This document shows positions 26,198 to 37,498 of a stretch of DNA of 64,000 nucleotides, piece by piece; within the stretch, counting starts at the first letter, position 1, and each line of letters opens with the position of its first letter. Made by a program: the position numbers and the translations under genes. The DNA lies in the IMG/VR virus record IMGVR_UViG_3300010399_000032. One strand, given 5' to 3'. The stretch is from a virus. Under the pieces are notes generated by a model. The model saw nothing but the letters and a program-made list of their open reading frames with translations, was not told the DNA's origin and did not search any database.

Positions 26198-26273
26198 TGG
26201 AGCGGGAGAGGCTAGTTCGAATAACCATCTTCCCAGGGGGTACCTGGGCGCTCTACCTTTAAGCTATCCCCGC
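26198..26273 (-). tRNA. Solitary tRNA-Gly-like gene with an aberrant anticodon loop (GT ACC CC)
   Basis: GCG...CGC-U73-CCA Gly acceptor, canonical D-arm, T-arm GGTTA-TTCGAAC-TAGCC. Confidence 0.7.
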
Positions 26274-26705
26274 AATGTAATTCATTACTTTTAGTATAAG
26301 AATTGGGCCAATCGAGTCTTGATTTAATCCTACTGTTATTCTGAATGGATCTAATATTCTACCGTAAGCATATCCTGTTAATATACATTTTGACCATATA
26401 TCAGAATCTAGCCGGGTGATTATATGTTTGACAGATTTCATAGCGTAGTAAGTTTTTTCTGAAATTGACTTTCATATTTAGCTAATTCAGGATGCAACTT
26501 TACTAATTCATGAAAGGCTGAATCTAGTTTACCCATTCGCATATATGTTTCAAACCAGGAAAAATTCGAGACAAAATCAGTCTCACCTCGGGCCAACAAT
26601 TCTTCCTTCAATTCCTTGGTAGAAAAATCGGTGATATCCTTATCATCATATTCATCATTATAATATGTAGCACCCATGACCTATTCCTTTAATTATTATA
26701 TTATA

Positions 26706-27731
26706 TCAGATATTTTTAGTGTTTACAATCATTCCTTCTGTATTTTCCGTAGTAATAGTTTGCAAATAATCAAGACATTCAAAAATGCTATGCTTAAGGG
26801 GGGTTGAAGCCACCCAATTCAACTTATTCTTTGCCTTATCCACATTAGGAATTCTCACCTGTACATCATTAGGAAATCTTCGAATTGTCGTAAATTCAAG
26901 TTCATGACCACCTTCCAGCATTCCCATATCCGTAGCAGTCTCATATATGAGGTTAGCCAATTGTTTCATGGTAACCTGCTCAGTATTTCCTAAATTGAAT
27001 GTTTCATTCAGAGTTGCATCCGTAAATGAATGATCAGCAATTGCAGTAGCCACATCATTAATCCAGGTAAAACACCTAATCTGTGAACCATCACCAATAA
27101 TAGGCAAAGGATTCAACTTGTTAATGGCTATATTTTGAATGAAATCAGCAAAAACGTGGGAAGTACCTTGTTCTCTTTCACGAGGCTCATAAGGAGTAAT
27201 AATATTGAATGGGCGCCAGATGGTATAATTAACACCATATTGATCTAGGAAGGCTTGAGATAATCTTTCACCCACAAGCTTAGATAGGCCATAATCTGTT
27301 TTAGGAATGGCAATGTTTACCGTATCCAATTCCTTTACCCCGGGAACTTGTAATGTTTCATACACCATAGAGGATGAAACATACACTACTCGGTCGACCG
27401 TATAATCGGAAGAAGCTTTTAATATATTATTATGGAGAGTTACATCTTCACCTAAAATATCGGCCTTATACTTATTAAATCCACCTATACCATATATGCG
27501 AGCCGCGGCATTAATCACGGCGTCTGGGCGGGCCTGATCAAATACATCATCCACAACCAAAGGATCAGCTAAATCTCCACGTAGGAATTTATAATTCCAA
27601 GGAATCAAATGCCGTCTTTGCCCATATCTTTGAAGATTATCAACTCCAAAAATTTCATGCCCATTGGCAATAAGTTTAGGAATAACGGCCTGCATAAGGC
27701 TACCTTCTGATCCGGCTACCAAAATTCTCAT
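26706..27731 (-). CDS. NAD-dependent nucleotide-sugar epimerase/dehydratase
   Basis: Extended SDR motifs NAAA, SSSMVY, YGLSK, GDGSQIRCF. Confidence 0.92.
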   Translation of the reverse strand: MRILVAGSEGSLMQAVIPKLIANGHEIFGVDNLQRYGQRRHLIPWNYKFLRGDLADPLVVDDVFDQARPDAVINAAARIYGIGGFNKYKADILGEDVTLHNNILKASSDYTVDRVVYVSSSMVYETLQVPGVKELDTVNIAIPKTDYGLSKLVGERLSQAFLDQYGVNYTIWRPFNIITPYEPREREQGTSHVFADFIQNIAINKLNPLPIIGDGSQIRCFTWINDVATAIADHSFTDATLNETFNLGNTEQVTMKQLANLIYETATDMGMLEGGHELEFTTIRRFPNDVQVRIPNVDKAKNKLNWVASTPLKHSIFECLDYLQTITTENTEGMIVNTKNI

Positions 27732-27732
27732 A

Positions 27733-29037
27733 TTATTCTCCTTGCATTGCCAATCTTACATTATTTGAAAATTTTATATCTTCAAATATCCAATCATTAA
27801 CTCGATAGATGCCATTGATCTTGTTTTTGCTAATATTCATTTTCTTCCAAACATCCACAATGATCGTATCACCCATTACCGAATTGGCATTATTTTCCAA
27901 CCAATCTTCGAAAATATCATGTGGTGTCATGACAACTACCGCATCAAATTTTCCTTGAGGCATCACATTATGTACATATTTATGGTTCACCAATGGATCA
28001 TAGAGTTGTACATTCACACCATGCTTAATACAAACCTTACGGAATTTAAAAGCCAGGCTATTCCGCGTATCATCATTATTAGCCTTGAAGGCCGCTCCTA
28101 GTACTAGGATATTATTAACTGATTTATCCTGAGTTTTGATGAGATTGTAAATGTAATCCGGCATACCTTCATTGATTTCAAAGGAAGCCCTGATCATGTC
28201 CACATATGGAACATCATCTAAAAGAAACTTTCCATCCTTGTATAAGCAAGGACCACCCACATTAGCACCAGGAAGAGGTAAAGCCATGCGAGAATAATGG
28301 TTATTTGACGCTTTGATAACCTTTTCAACATCTATACCTTTCTTTTGGCCAATCATATAGAATTCATTGGCCAAGGCAAATGTTACATAACGATACATAT
28401 TTGTAATCAATTTACCAAATTCGGCTTCCTCAGGAGTCAATTTAATGCATGAGGTAATACCTCTGAAAAATTCTACAGCCTTATCAAAACTCACATCACC
28501 AAATACACCCACCAATTGTGGATGCTCCATGGCTTCATTAATACTTCTTCCTTGTACTACACGTTCCGGAGCAAAGACCAGATAGTAATCTTTTCCTTCA
28601 ACCAATCGAGTAGCCTTTTCAATTCGATCCTTTAACAATTTGGTTGTACCAGGTGAAACGGTCGATCTAAGGAGAACAAGGGTACCTAGATGTGTTTCCA
28701 GATAAGATGTAAGTTGATCAATGACCTTAATGATACCTGTAAGATTAGGATTTCCTTCCTCATCTACAGGAGTTCCAATCATTATTGCAATTGCATTTGG
28801 GCTAAAAGCCCTAACATCTTCAAAATTTGAGGTGAATTGGAGAGTATGTAGGTTAAAGCATTCTTTAAGATATATTTCACCATTTTCTTCAATAAAGGGG
28901 ATCTTTCCTTCCTTTATTGAATTGATCGCGGGTTCATTGATATCATATCCAATAACCTGGTGTGCTCGGCTTAAGCTGCATACAATAGCAAACGGTAATC
29001 CAACATGCCCGGCTGCACCAATAACTGCTACCTTCAT
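27733..29037 (-). CDS. Nucleotide-sugar 6-dehydrogenase (UDP-Glc/UDP-ManNAc family)
   Basis: GHVGLP, IGTP, RSTVSPG, PER, GGPCLYKD, AFKANNDDTRNS. Confidence 0.93.
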   Translation of the reverse strand: MKVAVIGAAGHVGLPFAIVCSLSRAHQVIGYDINEPAINSIKEGKIPFIEENGEIYLKECFNLHTLQFTSNFEDVRAFSPNAIAIMIGTPVDEEGNPNLTGIIKVIDQLTSYLETHLGTLVLLRSTVSPGTTKLLKDRIEKATRLVEGKDYYLVFAPERVVQGRSINEAMEHPQLVGVFGDVSFDKAVEFFRGITSCIKLTPEEAEFGKLITNMYRYVTFALANEFYMIGQKKGIDVEKVIKASNNHYSRMALPLPGANVGGPCLYKDGKFLLDDVPYVDMIRASFEINEGMPDYIYNLIKTQDKSVNNILVLGAAFKANNDDTRNSLAFKFRKVCIKHGVNVQLYDPLVNHKYVHNVMPQGKFDAVVVMTPHDIFEDWLENNANSVMGDTIIVDVWKKMNISKNKINGIYRVNDWIFEDIKFSNNVRLAMQGE

Positions 29038-29537
29038 ATAGTTGTTCCCATTCCCCTGTTATGAAACTCTCGTATAAGCGCTACATTGTCCGAACACACA
29101 CCATTAAAATTATTCCAACAAAAATTCCAAGCTTCGGAGCTAGGAACATCGAGAGGAAAAGCCTTTTCAGGCATAACCGCAATAGCATCATATCGATTTT
29201 TGATTTCTAAGATATTATTTGGATGTACCCATATCTCACCAGAATTAGCTACAATAGCCATAGGATCCGCATCATGAATAAAAGTCTTATACCCATTATC
29301 TCGCAACTTGAAATAGGTTTCAAGTGATTTGGCGTGCCAATATATGTTTGGTTCCAGCAATAACTCAGCCGGTACAAGAGTTTCACAGTAATCATGCCCC
29401 AACCAAAGCTGGCCATTTTTAATTCGGACATCCGTTTCAATGGCATAATTCTTAAGAGCCAGTTTTAGATAATCTGGAGTGTTTTCATTTTTAAAATCTC
29501 GGCCATTGGTATTACCACGATGTGCGATAAATTTCAT
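29034..29537 (-). CDS. Short glycerophosphodiester-phosphodiesterase-like protein
   Basis: IAHRGN...EN...IETDV...LGHD...HAK...CSD. Confidence 0.75.
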   Translation of the reverse strand: MKFIAHRGNTNGRDFKNENTPDYLKLALKNYAIETDVRIKNGQLWLGHDYCETLVPAELLLEPNIYWHAKSLETYFKLRDNGYKTFIHDADPMAIVANSGEIWVHPNNILEIKNRYDAIAVMPEKAFPLDVPSSEAWNFCWNNFNGVCSDNVALIREFHNRGMGTTI

Positions 29538-29539
29538 TA

Positions 29540-30322
29540 TTAATTCCTGTTAAAATCGTGTTTTTGACTGAACCAAGGATACCAATCAATATCCGGGAAT
29601 TGTCGAGCTACCGAATTGACAACTGGATGACCGTTATCCAATTCAACTCCCCATTTAGCTCGGAAGTGATCTTGACTATGTTTGAGTGTTGGATTATCTT
29701 TGCAACGCCTTTCAAATTCCCAATGTTGGTTGTCATAATTTGGATCTATGGTTTTGGATTGATAGGTTGTGATAATGTGTTTCGAAATTCCCGATTCATT
29801 CCATCTAAAACCCCAATTGTGACTGTCCTCCACAGAGATTCGACTTCTATCCCACGCAATCCAGACCCTCTTAAGAAAGTCCGCGTCAGCACAGTAGCAC
29901 CCAATATAGCGCTCATCCCACCAACCGACGTGCTGTAAGACACTTTTCCTAAGGAAAAACCACTGGTCTCCGGCGGGGCCCCACATAAAATCAAATTTTG
30001 GCTTTGTGGTCTCAAACCAGTCATAGAAATCCTCCGATATATCAGTATCATCTTGGATACAAATAAGTTCGTTTATTCCTTCGGTATCGAAGGCTTTCAT
30101 CATGATAGTATTCCATGACCTGGCGCACCATGAATTACTTTCTTCTGAATTTAGAGTATTGATCACCACCTGGTTGACAAACCCCTTATTGAGAGGAGCA
30201 ATTTGAACCTTAGGATGATTTGATAGAATGTTGACCATATATCCGTTAACGCCAAAATTATGAATAAGGCGGTTAAGGGCATCTGGTCGGTTAAACGTTA
30301 GTATCCAAATTTGGAGTGACAT
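29540..30322 (-). CDS. GT-A fold glycosyltransferase (GT2-like)
   Basis: LTFNR, QDD, GWWDERY...D. Confidence 0.8.
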   Translation of the reverse strand: MSLQIWILTFNRPDALNRLIHNFGVNGYMVNILSNHPKVQIAPLNKGFVNQVVINTLNSEESNSWCARSWNTIMMKAFDTEGINELICIQDDTDISEDFYDWFETTKPKFDFMWGPAGDQWFFLRKSVLQHVGWWDERYIGCYCADADFLKRVWIAWDRSRISVEDSHNWGFRWNESGISKHIITTYQSKTIDPNYDNQHWEFERRCKDNPTLKHSQDHFRAKWGVELDNGHPVVNSVARQFPDIDWYPWFSQKHDFNRN

Positions 30323-30346
30323 GTAATTGGTTTCCTATAAATGTTT

Positions 30347-30952
30347 TCATCGATAAAATCTCAAATCAATTTCGGAAAAGTTTTCGTGAGTATAAACCAC
30401 ATCAACATGGAAACCATTATTTGCCAAGAAATATCGGGCTTCCATATGATTATTTTGAGCACCTTCATATAATGGAATGTCCAAAGTACATTCAAGTTGC
30501 CCAGCTTTAACTCTTTCTATCGCCGAATGTAATGATTTTAGCACATTCAAATCCGATCCTTGAGCATCAATATGCAAATAATCTATATCTCCAACAGGAT
30601 AGTACAAATTCAAGAAACTGTCAAGTCTAATACACGGAACCGTTTCAACCCATGCAGGAGGAGTAGTGAATTCCTTGGCTTTTCCGATAACCGAGTTCTG
30701 TAAATCATGATGGAAATCATAAAGACTTCCAACACCTAGATCACCTACACTCGAAACATTGAAACTCTTAAATCCATTCTCAATATCCACAGCGAATGTG
30801 AAAATATGAATGTTCTTATTTCCTCGGAATTTTTCCTTAAGTAAGGGATAAAGCAGGGGGGATGGTTCAAAGGCAAAAATCTCCGAACCATCCTCGGCCA
30901 ATTTTATTGTCGTTGATCCTGTGTTTGCACCAACATCAAATTTAACAGTCAT
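30347..30952 (-). CDS. FkbM-family methyltransferase
   Basis: DVGANTG, AFEP, LHIDAQGSD. Confidence 0.9.
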   Translation of the reverse strand: MTVKFDVGANTGSTTIKLAEDGSEIFAFEPSPLLYPLLKEKFRGNKNIHIFTFAVDIENGFKSFNVSSVGDLGVGSLYDFHHDLQNSVIGKAKEFTTPPAWVETVPCIRLDSFLNLYYPVGDIDYLHIDAQGSDLNVLKSLHSAIERVKAGQLECTLDIPLYEGAQNNHMEARYFLANNGFHVDVVYTHENFSEIDLRFYR

Positions 30953-31339
30953 ATGTAGTATCAGCAATAGCAACTTCTAAATGGCGTCTAATATCTACCA
31001 TCTGATCGCCCAAAATATGAAACGCTTGAACTTGAGACAAACCTAACACACTTATATCAACATGTCGCATCATTACTTCATTAAAATCGAACATATCAGG
31101 CTCAGTCTCAGGATCACTTAAAATCCAAGCCAAAAATATCTGGGAAGATTTGGAAAGTTTAGATTTTACTTGACTGACCAATTTTTTCTCCTATTCCTCG
31201 TTTTATATCATCAAATCGCCCATTAGCATTTATAGCTGTAATAAATAGCGATATTTTCACATTTTCGGCTTGTATGTTAGTTTCAAATGGTTTCGAGACG
31301 TTGATATCTAAATTTTTAATCAATTCATATAATGGTAAC

Positions 31340-32164
31340 TTATGCATCATGTTTCTTTGCTTGAATGAATAACCAATCACTTGCCCAATAAGGAGCATGG
31401 TATTGCCCATTGAGATTGGCATAGAGTTTATTTACATTGACCAATCTAAGGTCAACCTTATCAAAAATCTTCTCAAGGTCCTTCTTGACATTAGGTAAAT
31501 CATTCTGATTGATCACCATATCAGCATGACCATTGGTCGCCTTGGCATTCCAGAAATCGGAATCATAATTTGCGTGTTCGGTATCATTTGACCAGACGCC
31601 CGCCTGATAAGTTGCATTATAAGCCACTTGAATGGACATATACCCACCTGGCTTAAGAGTATTATAAAGACCCTTGAAAATATTCTCGCGGATGGTCTTG
31701 CAAGGAATATGCTGGATTGCAATGGTAGAAAATGCAATATCATAGGTATCTACCGGTGCAGAACCAACATCAATTCCAGATGACACAAAGAAATCTGACC
31801 CCTTTAAGTGTTCCCGAGCGAAATCAATAGCATATTCGGAAATATCTATACCATCAACCTTAGGAAATAATTTTAGGGCCCTGTTCACCATCCTCCCAGG
31901 TCCACACCCAAAATCGATCACCTTCGATGATGAAAAATCGACTAAAGGGTTGCCCTGCTCATCATAAAAGAGGTATTGTTCATAAGGAAAGGCTTCGTGC
32001 CAACCATAGTTTCCCACGATATCCAATGGGCTATTGAATGGCTTATTCATAAAGCGTTTCGACATTTGCGCGTAGGCAATCATCTGATCGGTATATTCAG
32101 TGTCAATATAGAAATTGTACACATGCCCATCAGAAATTTTAGAAATAGTTTGGAAATTCATCAT
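31340..32164 (-). CDS. Class I SAM-dependent methyltransferase
   Basis: IDFGCGPG, GIDIS, LKPGG. Confidence 0.9.
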   Translation of the reverse strand: MMNFQTISKISDGHVYNFYIDTEYTDQMIAYAQMSKRFMNKPFNSPLDIVGNYGWHEAFPYEQYLFYDEQGNPLVDFSSSKVIDFGCGPGRMVNRALKLFPKVDGIDISEYAIDFAREHLKGSDFFVSSGIDVGSAPVDTYDIAFSTIAIQHIPCKTIRENIFKGLYNTLKPGGYMSIQVAYNATYQAGVWSNDTEHANYDSDFWNAKATNGHADMVINQNDLPNVKKDLEKIFDKVDLRLVNVNKLYANLNGQYHAPYWASDWLFIQAKKHDA

Positions 32165-32406
32165 ATTGTTCTCGGTTAATTGTTAATAATATGTATCATG
32201 AATGGTATTGAAAAGAGCAAGAGTAATAGGTCCAATGAATCGACTTTGTTGAGCATTAACATTTCGAATCACATCATTACTCACATCGGCGGTTACATAT
32301 CTCCGTGCCGAATCACCATAATCTGTCAAAATATGTTTGATCTTGCGTATAAATGAGTAGGCATTATATTCCGTTGAATTGTTAATATTATCTGGTCCCT
32401 GGTATA

Positions 32407-33783
32407 TCATGGGTGTTCCTGCAAAAAGTAATTCAAATCTTCGGGAGTTCCTAGACTCCAGAATTTGTCCACCTGTTTGATCCTAAATTTCTCACCTCGG
32501 TCGATTGCCTCTTGATATACTGGAGCAATATAAAATTCATCAAGATACCTATGGTTCTTGGCTATCATTTCTTCGGCAGATTCAACAAAATCGTGGCCCT
32601 TAGCCCAATAATAAAAACCAACGGTTGCCATATTAGATATAACCTGTTTCTCGACAACTCTTGTAACGAATCTATCTTCTCCGAGACCAACATATGAGAA
32701 TTTTGGATGGATAGACTCAAATGTGACAATGCCGCCATCTATGTTCTCCGCAGCAAAGGCATACATAACTTCGTTTGAATTCCACTCCACATATTGATCC
32801 GAATTGACGATCAGAAGCCGGTCATCATTGTTGATATGTTCCTTGGCTTTCAAGACTGTGCAAGCCGCACCTTCGGTTATTCCGTCAACTTGGACTATTT
32901 TACAACCTGGCTTCAAGGCATTCAACATATATTTTAGGTTATATTGCACATAATGGTCTTTTTGAACAAGGAAAATATAGTTAGCTTCAATATTCAAGTT
33001 TTCCAAAACAACCTGAATCATTGGTTTACCCTTAACCTCGATCAATGGTTTAGGAAACTTATAACCAGCATGAGAAAATCGAGACCCCGCACCAGCCATA
33101 GGAATAACCACATTCAATCTGGAATCTCTCCAAGGAATGTTTTCCTTTTTAGTCTGGGTCAGATGTTGTTGGATATTCTCAAATGTAATATCATGGGTTG
33201 ATTCAACACCCATTAATTTTGCTCCCGAATCTAATGCTCCCTGACGCCCAATATGCGAATCTTCAATAATCAAGGTTGTTGCAGGTATAGCCTTGCAAGC
33301 AACCATGCAATTCCAATACATTTGAGGATAAGGTTTGTTGTATTTGACATCCTCGTTGGATTGATAGTAATCAACAAAATCCATAAGCCCTAGGCGAGAA
33401 AGAGATATTTTAACCGTATTTCGGATACTATTTGATGCTACGGCAATCTGGTAGCCTTGGGATTTTAAGGTCTTAAATATGTCAATTAAAGTCTCATTGG
33501 GTGTCATATATGACAACCTACGGAAGGTGGCATCTTGTTTATATTGCCATATGGTATCATAAAGGTTCGTAGGCAGCCCACATTCCTCGGTCAATTTCTT
33601 GAGTTTTGCGGTGGTAGGTAGGCCATCATAAGTCGATAGGTGGTGATCTTTTGAAATTGGCTCCCATCCAACTTGGATCAGGGCATCATTCAGAGCATTA
33701 TAATGCAGTTCACGAGAATCTATTAAAACACCGTCAAGATCAAAGATGATCAGGTTATTATATTCAGTCAAAATCCACCTCAC
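32407..33783 (-). CDS. HAD phosphatase / sugar nucleotidyltransferase fusion
   Basis: FDLDGVLID...KP...IEDS followed by IPMAGAGSRF...PKPLI...LGTPEDL. Confidence 0.9.
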   Translation of the reverse strand: MRWILTEYNNLIIFDLDGVLIDSRELHYNALNDALIQVGWEPISKDHHLSTYDGLPTTAKLKKLTEECGLPTNLYDTIWQYKQDATFRRLSYMTPNETLIDIFKTLKSQGYQIAVASNSIRNTVKISLSRLGLMDFVDYYQSNEDVKYNKPYPQMYWNCMVACKAIPATTLIIEDSHIGRQGALDSGAKLMGVESTHDITFENIQQHLTQTKKENIPWRDSRLNVVIPMAGAGSRFSHAGYKFPKPLIEVKGKPMIQVVLENLNIEANYIFLVQKDHYVQYNLKYMLNALKPGCKIVQVDGITEGAACTVLKAKEHINNDDRLLIVNSDQYVEWNSNEVMYAFAAENIDGGIVTFESIHPKFSYVGLGEDRFVTRVVEKQVISNMATVGFYYWAKGHDFVESAEEMIAKNHRYLDEFYIAPVYQEAIDRGEKFRIKQVDKFWSLGTPEDLNYFLQEHP

Positions 33784-34501
33784 GCATAATTTGTAAGCCT
33801 TCCTCAGGAATTTGAGTTACTGCCCATTTACCCGGTTTTAATGTCTGAGCCATACTATAACGATTGAAATGTGGAGCATTATCTGAATTAAAAAACACTC
33901 GTTCCGACCAATCGATATCTTCCGCAGAACCGGGAAGAAATGTTTCATTAAAAGGTCGATCCCTCAATATATGCTTCCTACAGATTATATATCCACCGGA
34001 AATGTATTGGAGGTGTGTAAAATCCTCACAATCATAGGGAAGTGCATTAATAAATTCTGGTCCATTTTCCTTTGGATTAGCTGCCATGAGAATTCTGGCC
34101 AACTCAGGGCGTTGATTAATAGCCTTAGCCATATGCCAAGGATTCATCATCCAATCGGTATGACGTTTTCCTTCTAAGGTCAAAATCTGATTTGTACAAA
34201 CTTTCCATTGAGGAGTTTCTTCATCAAATGCATTCAATCCTACCAACCAACCGGGATGCAATTGGTAGTAATCATGTAAGATAACCAAAGTATCATACTT
34301 AGCTTTCGATGCTATCCAATTTTTTTTGGTAGTAATCCATTGATCTGGGTTTGCTGCCAATAGGATTTCAAAATTACCTTTTGGTTCATTCATTGACGTA
34401 TATTGGGAATAGATAGAATCTAAAGTCTGAGACAAATATTGAGGATCAGATCCAACACAGATTCCGTAAGTAATATCAAGGCTCATTCCGTGATACCCCA
34501 T
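33764..34501 (-). CDS. Putative GT-A glycosyltransferase
   Basis: ITTKKN, LHDY, AEDIDW motifs. Confidence 0.65.
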   Translation of the reverse strand: MGYHGMSLDITYGICVGSDPQYLSQTLDSIYSQYTSMNEPKGNFEILLAANPDQWITTKKNWIASKAKYDTLVILHDYYQLHPGWLVGLNAFDEETPQWKVCTNQILTLEGKRHTDWMMNPWHMAKAINQRPELARILMAANPKENGPEFINALPYDCEDFTHLQYISGGYIICRKHILRDRPFNETFLPGSAEDIDWSERVFFNSDNAPHFNRYSMAQTLKPGKWAVTQIPEEGLQIMREVDFD

Positions 34502-34515
34502 ATTTTACATAGATG

Positions 34516-34563
34516 GTGGTTACAATTCCCATTCGCATAGTGGTTACAATTCCCACTCGCATA
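34516..34563. repeat. 24-bp tandem duplication (2 copies, 1 mismatch)
   Basis: gtggttacaattcccattcgcata followed by gtggttacaattcccactcgcata. Confidence 0.85.
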
Positions 34564-35185
34564 TTTTCAATATCATCAGGAATTCTGCTAATTGCTTTGG
34601 TATATTGATCAACAGTATTAGCAATAACATTGTGGGTTTCCATCGTACACCTATCAACAAATAGTCGATATTTGCTAAAAGAACTCAATTTTCATTCTCC
34701 GAATCATTTATTGGCTCTCCTCACCCTTTATTCCACGATTATCATATAAAAATTTCCATTTTTCCTGTGGAACGTTCATTATAGCTCTAACCCTATTTAT
34801 AACTATGACCGGAATTCGACGGGAAGTATTTAACCCATCCGAACTAGTTAATCCTCTTCGGATGGTTCCATACCAAAGATCCTGCTTGAGTTTAACAGGA
34901 ATACCATCATTTATCTTATCTAAAAATATAGGATTCATTTTAAGCGCCTATCAATCATGTTTAACCTTTGAAACTATGTGCCTAAACAATGGGCTAAAAG
35001 GTGAAATTCTAAAACAATAAAACCTAAATTGTTCGATATTCCTTTCAAGATTTTGTGGGCTATGCCGATCAGAGCGGGCCCGCCATCGTCTCTCTCTTTC
35101 AATATTATGGAGAGTATCCCAATCATTCAACACCAAACTATGTGAATATTTACTATATTTCATGTCAGGGGTTAAGCTAAGAGCC

Positions 35186-36151
35186 TTAAGTAGAATTGGT
35201 TTCATCCAAAATATCCTCAATATCATTACATGTCTGAGAAATGGTATGGTTAGCCATTACATAATCATACCCCGCATATATCTTATCTTGTACATCCATA
35301 TTCAATCGATTAAAGGCTTTCAATTTCTCGATCAAATCTTTACCATCTTTATATGGATGCCCATAAGGTGATAATTCATCCACAGCACCAACATCAGCCC
35401 GCCCAAACCAAGGAGTTTGGTTCATCATGGCTTCAAGTAGAACTAACCCGTATCCTTCTTCGGTTGAATTAAGAATATAGGCCGAGGCAGACTTAATTGC
35501 AGCCATAACCTCATCCTTAGCACAACCTTTAAACACCTTGACCGAGGCACTTTCCGATGGGGCATTTTCAAACATTCCATATCCATATAAATGGAGTTCT
35601 CCTGCAATACCAGATTGATCATATAAATCCGCCAATTCGGTCATTGCCTTATTTGGATAAAACCCACCCGCCGATACAAAAATAGGAGTATTCGAGGCCT
35701 TAAAATGACCTATGGTTCTTTCAGGCACAATACCATGACGAATTCTCCGGGCCTTGAATAGCTTGTTCTGATCCTTAAGGAAATCAATATCCAATTGACT
35801 GGAATAGGATAGGAACTTATTATTCTCTAATCCCATTTTGGAGATTTCGCTTAGGGAAGGCTTGATGATCATATAGACCACCGGGCTAACGGTATTAATG
35901 TACTGAGAATTGAAATGGATGGTATTTTGGGCAGTCACATCCGATCCATGCACCAAGATCAAATCATAGTGCTGGTTAAGGAGATTGAAATTGGAGGTCA
36001 CCTTAACCCCATTCTGGGAGCCCTGGTGTGTACCACATAAGACGGTTACATCATGCCCTCGCCGGAGAAGTTCCTCAGCCATGTCTCGGACAAAATACTC
36101 CGATCCACCTTCATAAGGAACATAGCGATGGACAACAAACATAATTTTCAT
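35186..36151 (-). CDS. GT-B fold glycosyltransferase (GT4)
   Basis: GGSE...GHDVTV, EEGYGLVLLEAM. Confidence 0.92.
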   Translation of the reverse strand: MKIMFVVHRYVPYEGGSEYFVRDMAEELLRRGHDVTVLCGTHQGSQNGVKVTSNFNLLNQHYDLILVHGSDVTAQNTIHFNSQYINTVSPVVYMIIKPSLSEISKMGLENNKFLSYSSQLDIDFLKDQNKLFKARRIRHGIVPERTIGHFKASNTPIFVSAGGFYPNKAMTELADLYDQSGIAGELHLYGYGMFENAPSESASVKVFKGCAKDEVMAAIKSASAYILNSTEEGYGLVLLEAMMNQTPWFGRADVGAVDELSPYGHPYKDGKDLIEKLKAFNRLNMDVQDKIYAGYDYVMANHTISQTCNDIEDILDETNST

Positions 36152-36155
36152 TGCT

Positions 36156-36596
36156 TTATCCTACCCTATATGCAATAATGTGTGTCTTTGGATTATAATT
36201 GGCATTCCGCTTTCTCCAATATTCCACGGGATCGGTAAATTGTTCAAATTCACCAGTAGGATCACCTAGGTATTCATAGATTTCTCTCATTGCTTCGATA
36301 ATATCAGTTTTCATACCCATTCCACCAGTGAAACATAATTTATTGTATTTCCATGTCTCGGGAATTCTAGGGTCAATCACTACAGCCGAATTTTCATGAA
36401 CAAAGGCCTTCATGGTGTCACCAAGCTTGAATTCAACCGTAGCTGTTTCAATATTTTCTGCCCACATATTCAAGACACGAATTTGAGGTGCAACCCAACA
36501 ATAATTTCCCCAACTAACGGGGCGAGAACGGCCTGTGCCTATGAGACTGTGACCTGTGACATGGGTGGATATATCCTGTTCTTGCCAGTATTTCAT
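36156..36596 (-). CDS. Hypothetical protein
   Basis: 146-aa frame coupled to its neighbours. Confidence 0.65.
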   Translation of the reverse strand: MKYWQEQDISTHVTGHSLIGTGRSRPVSWGNYCWVAPQIRVLNMWAENIETATVEFKLGDTMKAFVHENSAVVIDPRIPETWKYNKLCFTGGMGMKTDIIEAMREIYEYLGDPTGEFEQFTDPVEYWRKRNANYNPKTHIIAYRVG

Positions 36597-37498
36597 ATCA
36601 CAAAGTTATCCCACCAGTTAAGGAAATTATCAATATACGCTACATCAGGTAACCTGTTATCGGTAAATGCCGGTTGACCTAATATATCTAGGTATCGGTT
36701 TTTGTTGTCCCAGATATTGGTGCATTCGTTCCAAAAAGCATGGAAGTCATACCCCTGTTCAGAGATTCGAAAATCGTTGAGATTGAGGAAGCTTCGGGGA
36801 TTAAAATCTTGTTGAACCTTATTCGATCCCCAATAAAGTGGGATGGTATTAGAATAATAGGCGTCGATAAGTTTCTCAGTGACATAACCAGGATAACTCC
36901 CATTTTCAAAAGCCATACCAAAGGCATGTTTATGATAAAATTGAATTTTTAACTCACGGTCTCTCGGAATAACAAATGTGTTATTATTCATATGTGGTCC
37001 GGCCGCGTCTAGTTGATGATAGTTATTAATAAATTCAACAAATCGCGTCCTGATAGAACAGTGAGGATTAGACTGGACATACGCTATCATAGGCAGATTT
37101 TTCTCATGCTTATATTCCCATTCAAATTCAAGATCGATGGGTTTTTCAACCAAATAGTTAAATGGGCGATCACCGAAAGGATTATTGTCCTTGGTAATCG
37201 CCCACATTTCTAAAACGTATAAGGGTAAACGATAATGTCGGGGAGAATTTTCATGATCAAAGGAAATGGCATGATCACATTCTAACCAATTAGGGCGTAC
37301 ATTCTCACCAGTAAAGAAAATCTTCTTTTGGGCTGGGATACGGAGGTGACTTTGGCCAAAATTACCATCACCGAAAATGAGATAATCAGGATATTTGTCA
37401 TCCCTCTCAATATGATATCTTGTGCCTAGCACATTCTCGAAAAAGAGGATAGCATTTTCGTATGTATCTGCAAACCCTAATCTTAAAACTTTGTCCAA
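36593..37498 (-). CDS. GT10 alpha-1,3-fucosyltransferase-like protein
   Basis: FTGEN, AFENGSYPGYVTEKL, IPLYWG. Confidence 0.9.
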   Translation of the reverse strand: MDKVLRLGFADTYENAILFFENVLGTRYHIERDDKYPDYLIFGDGNFGQSHLRIPAQKKIFFTGENVRPNWLECDHAISFDHENSPRHYRLPLYVLEMWAITKDNNPFGDRPFNYLVEKPIDLEFEWEYKHEKNLPMIAYVQSNPHCSIRTRFVEFINNYHQLDAAGPHMNNNTFVIPRDRELKIQFYHKHAFGMAFENGSYPGYVTEKLIDAYYSNTIPLYWGSNKVQQDFNPRSFLNLNDFRISEQGYDFHAFWNECTNIWDNKNRYLDILGQPAFTDNRLPDVAYIDNFLNWWDNFVI

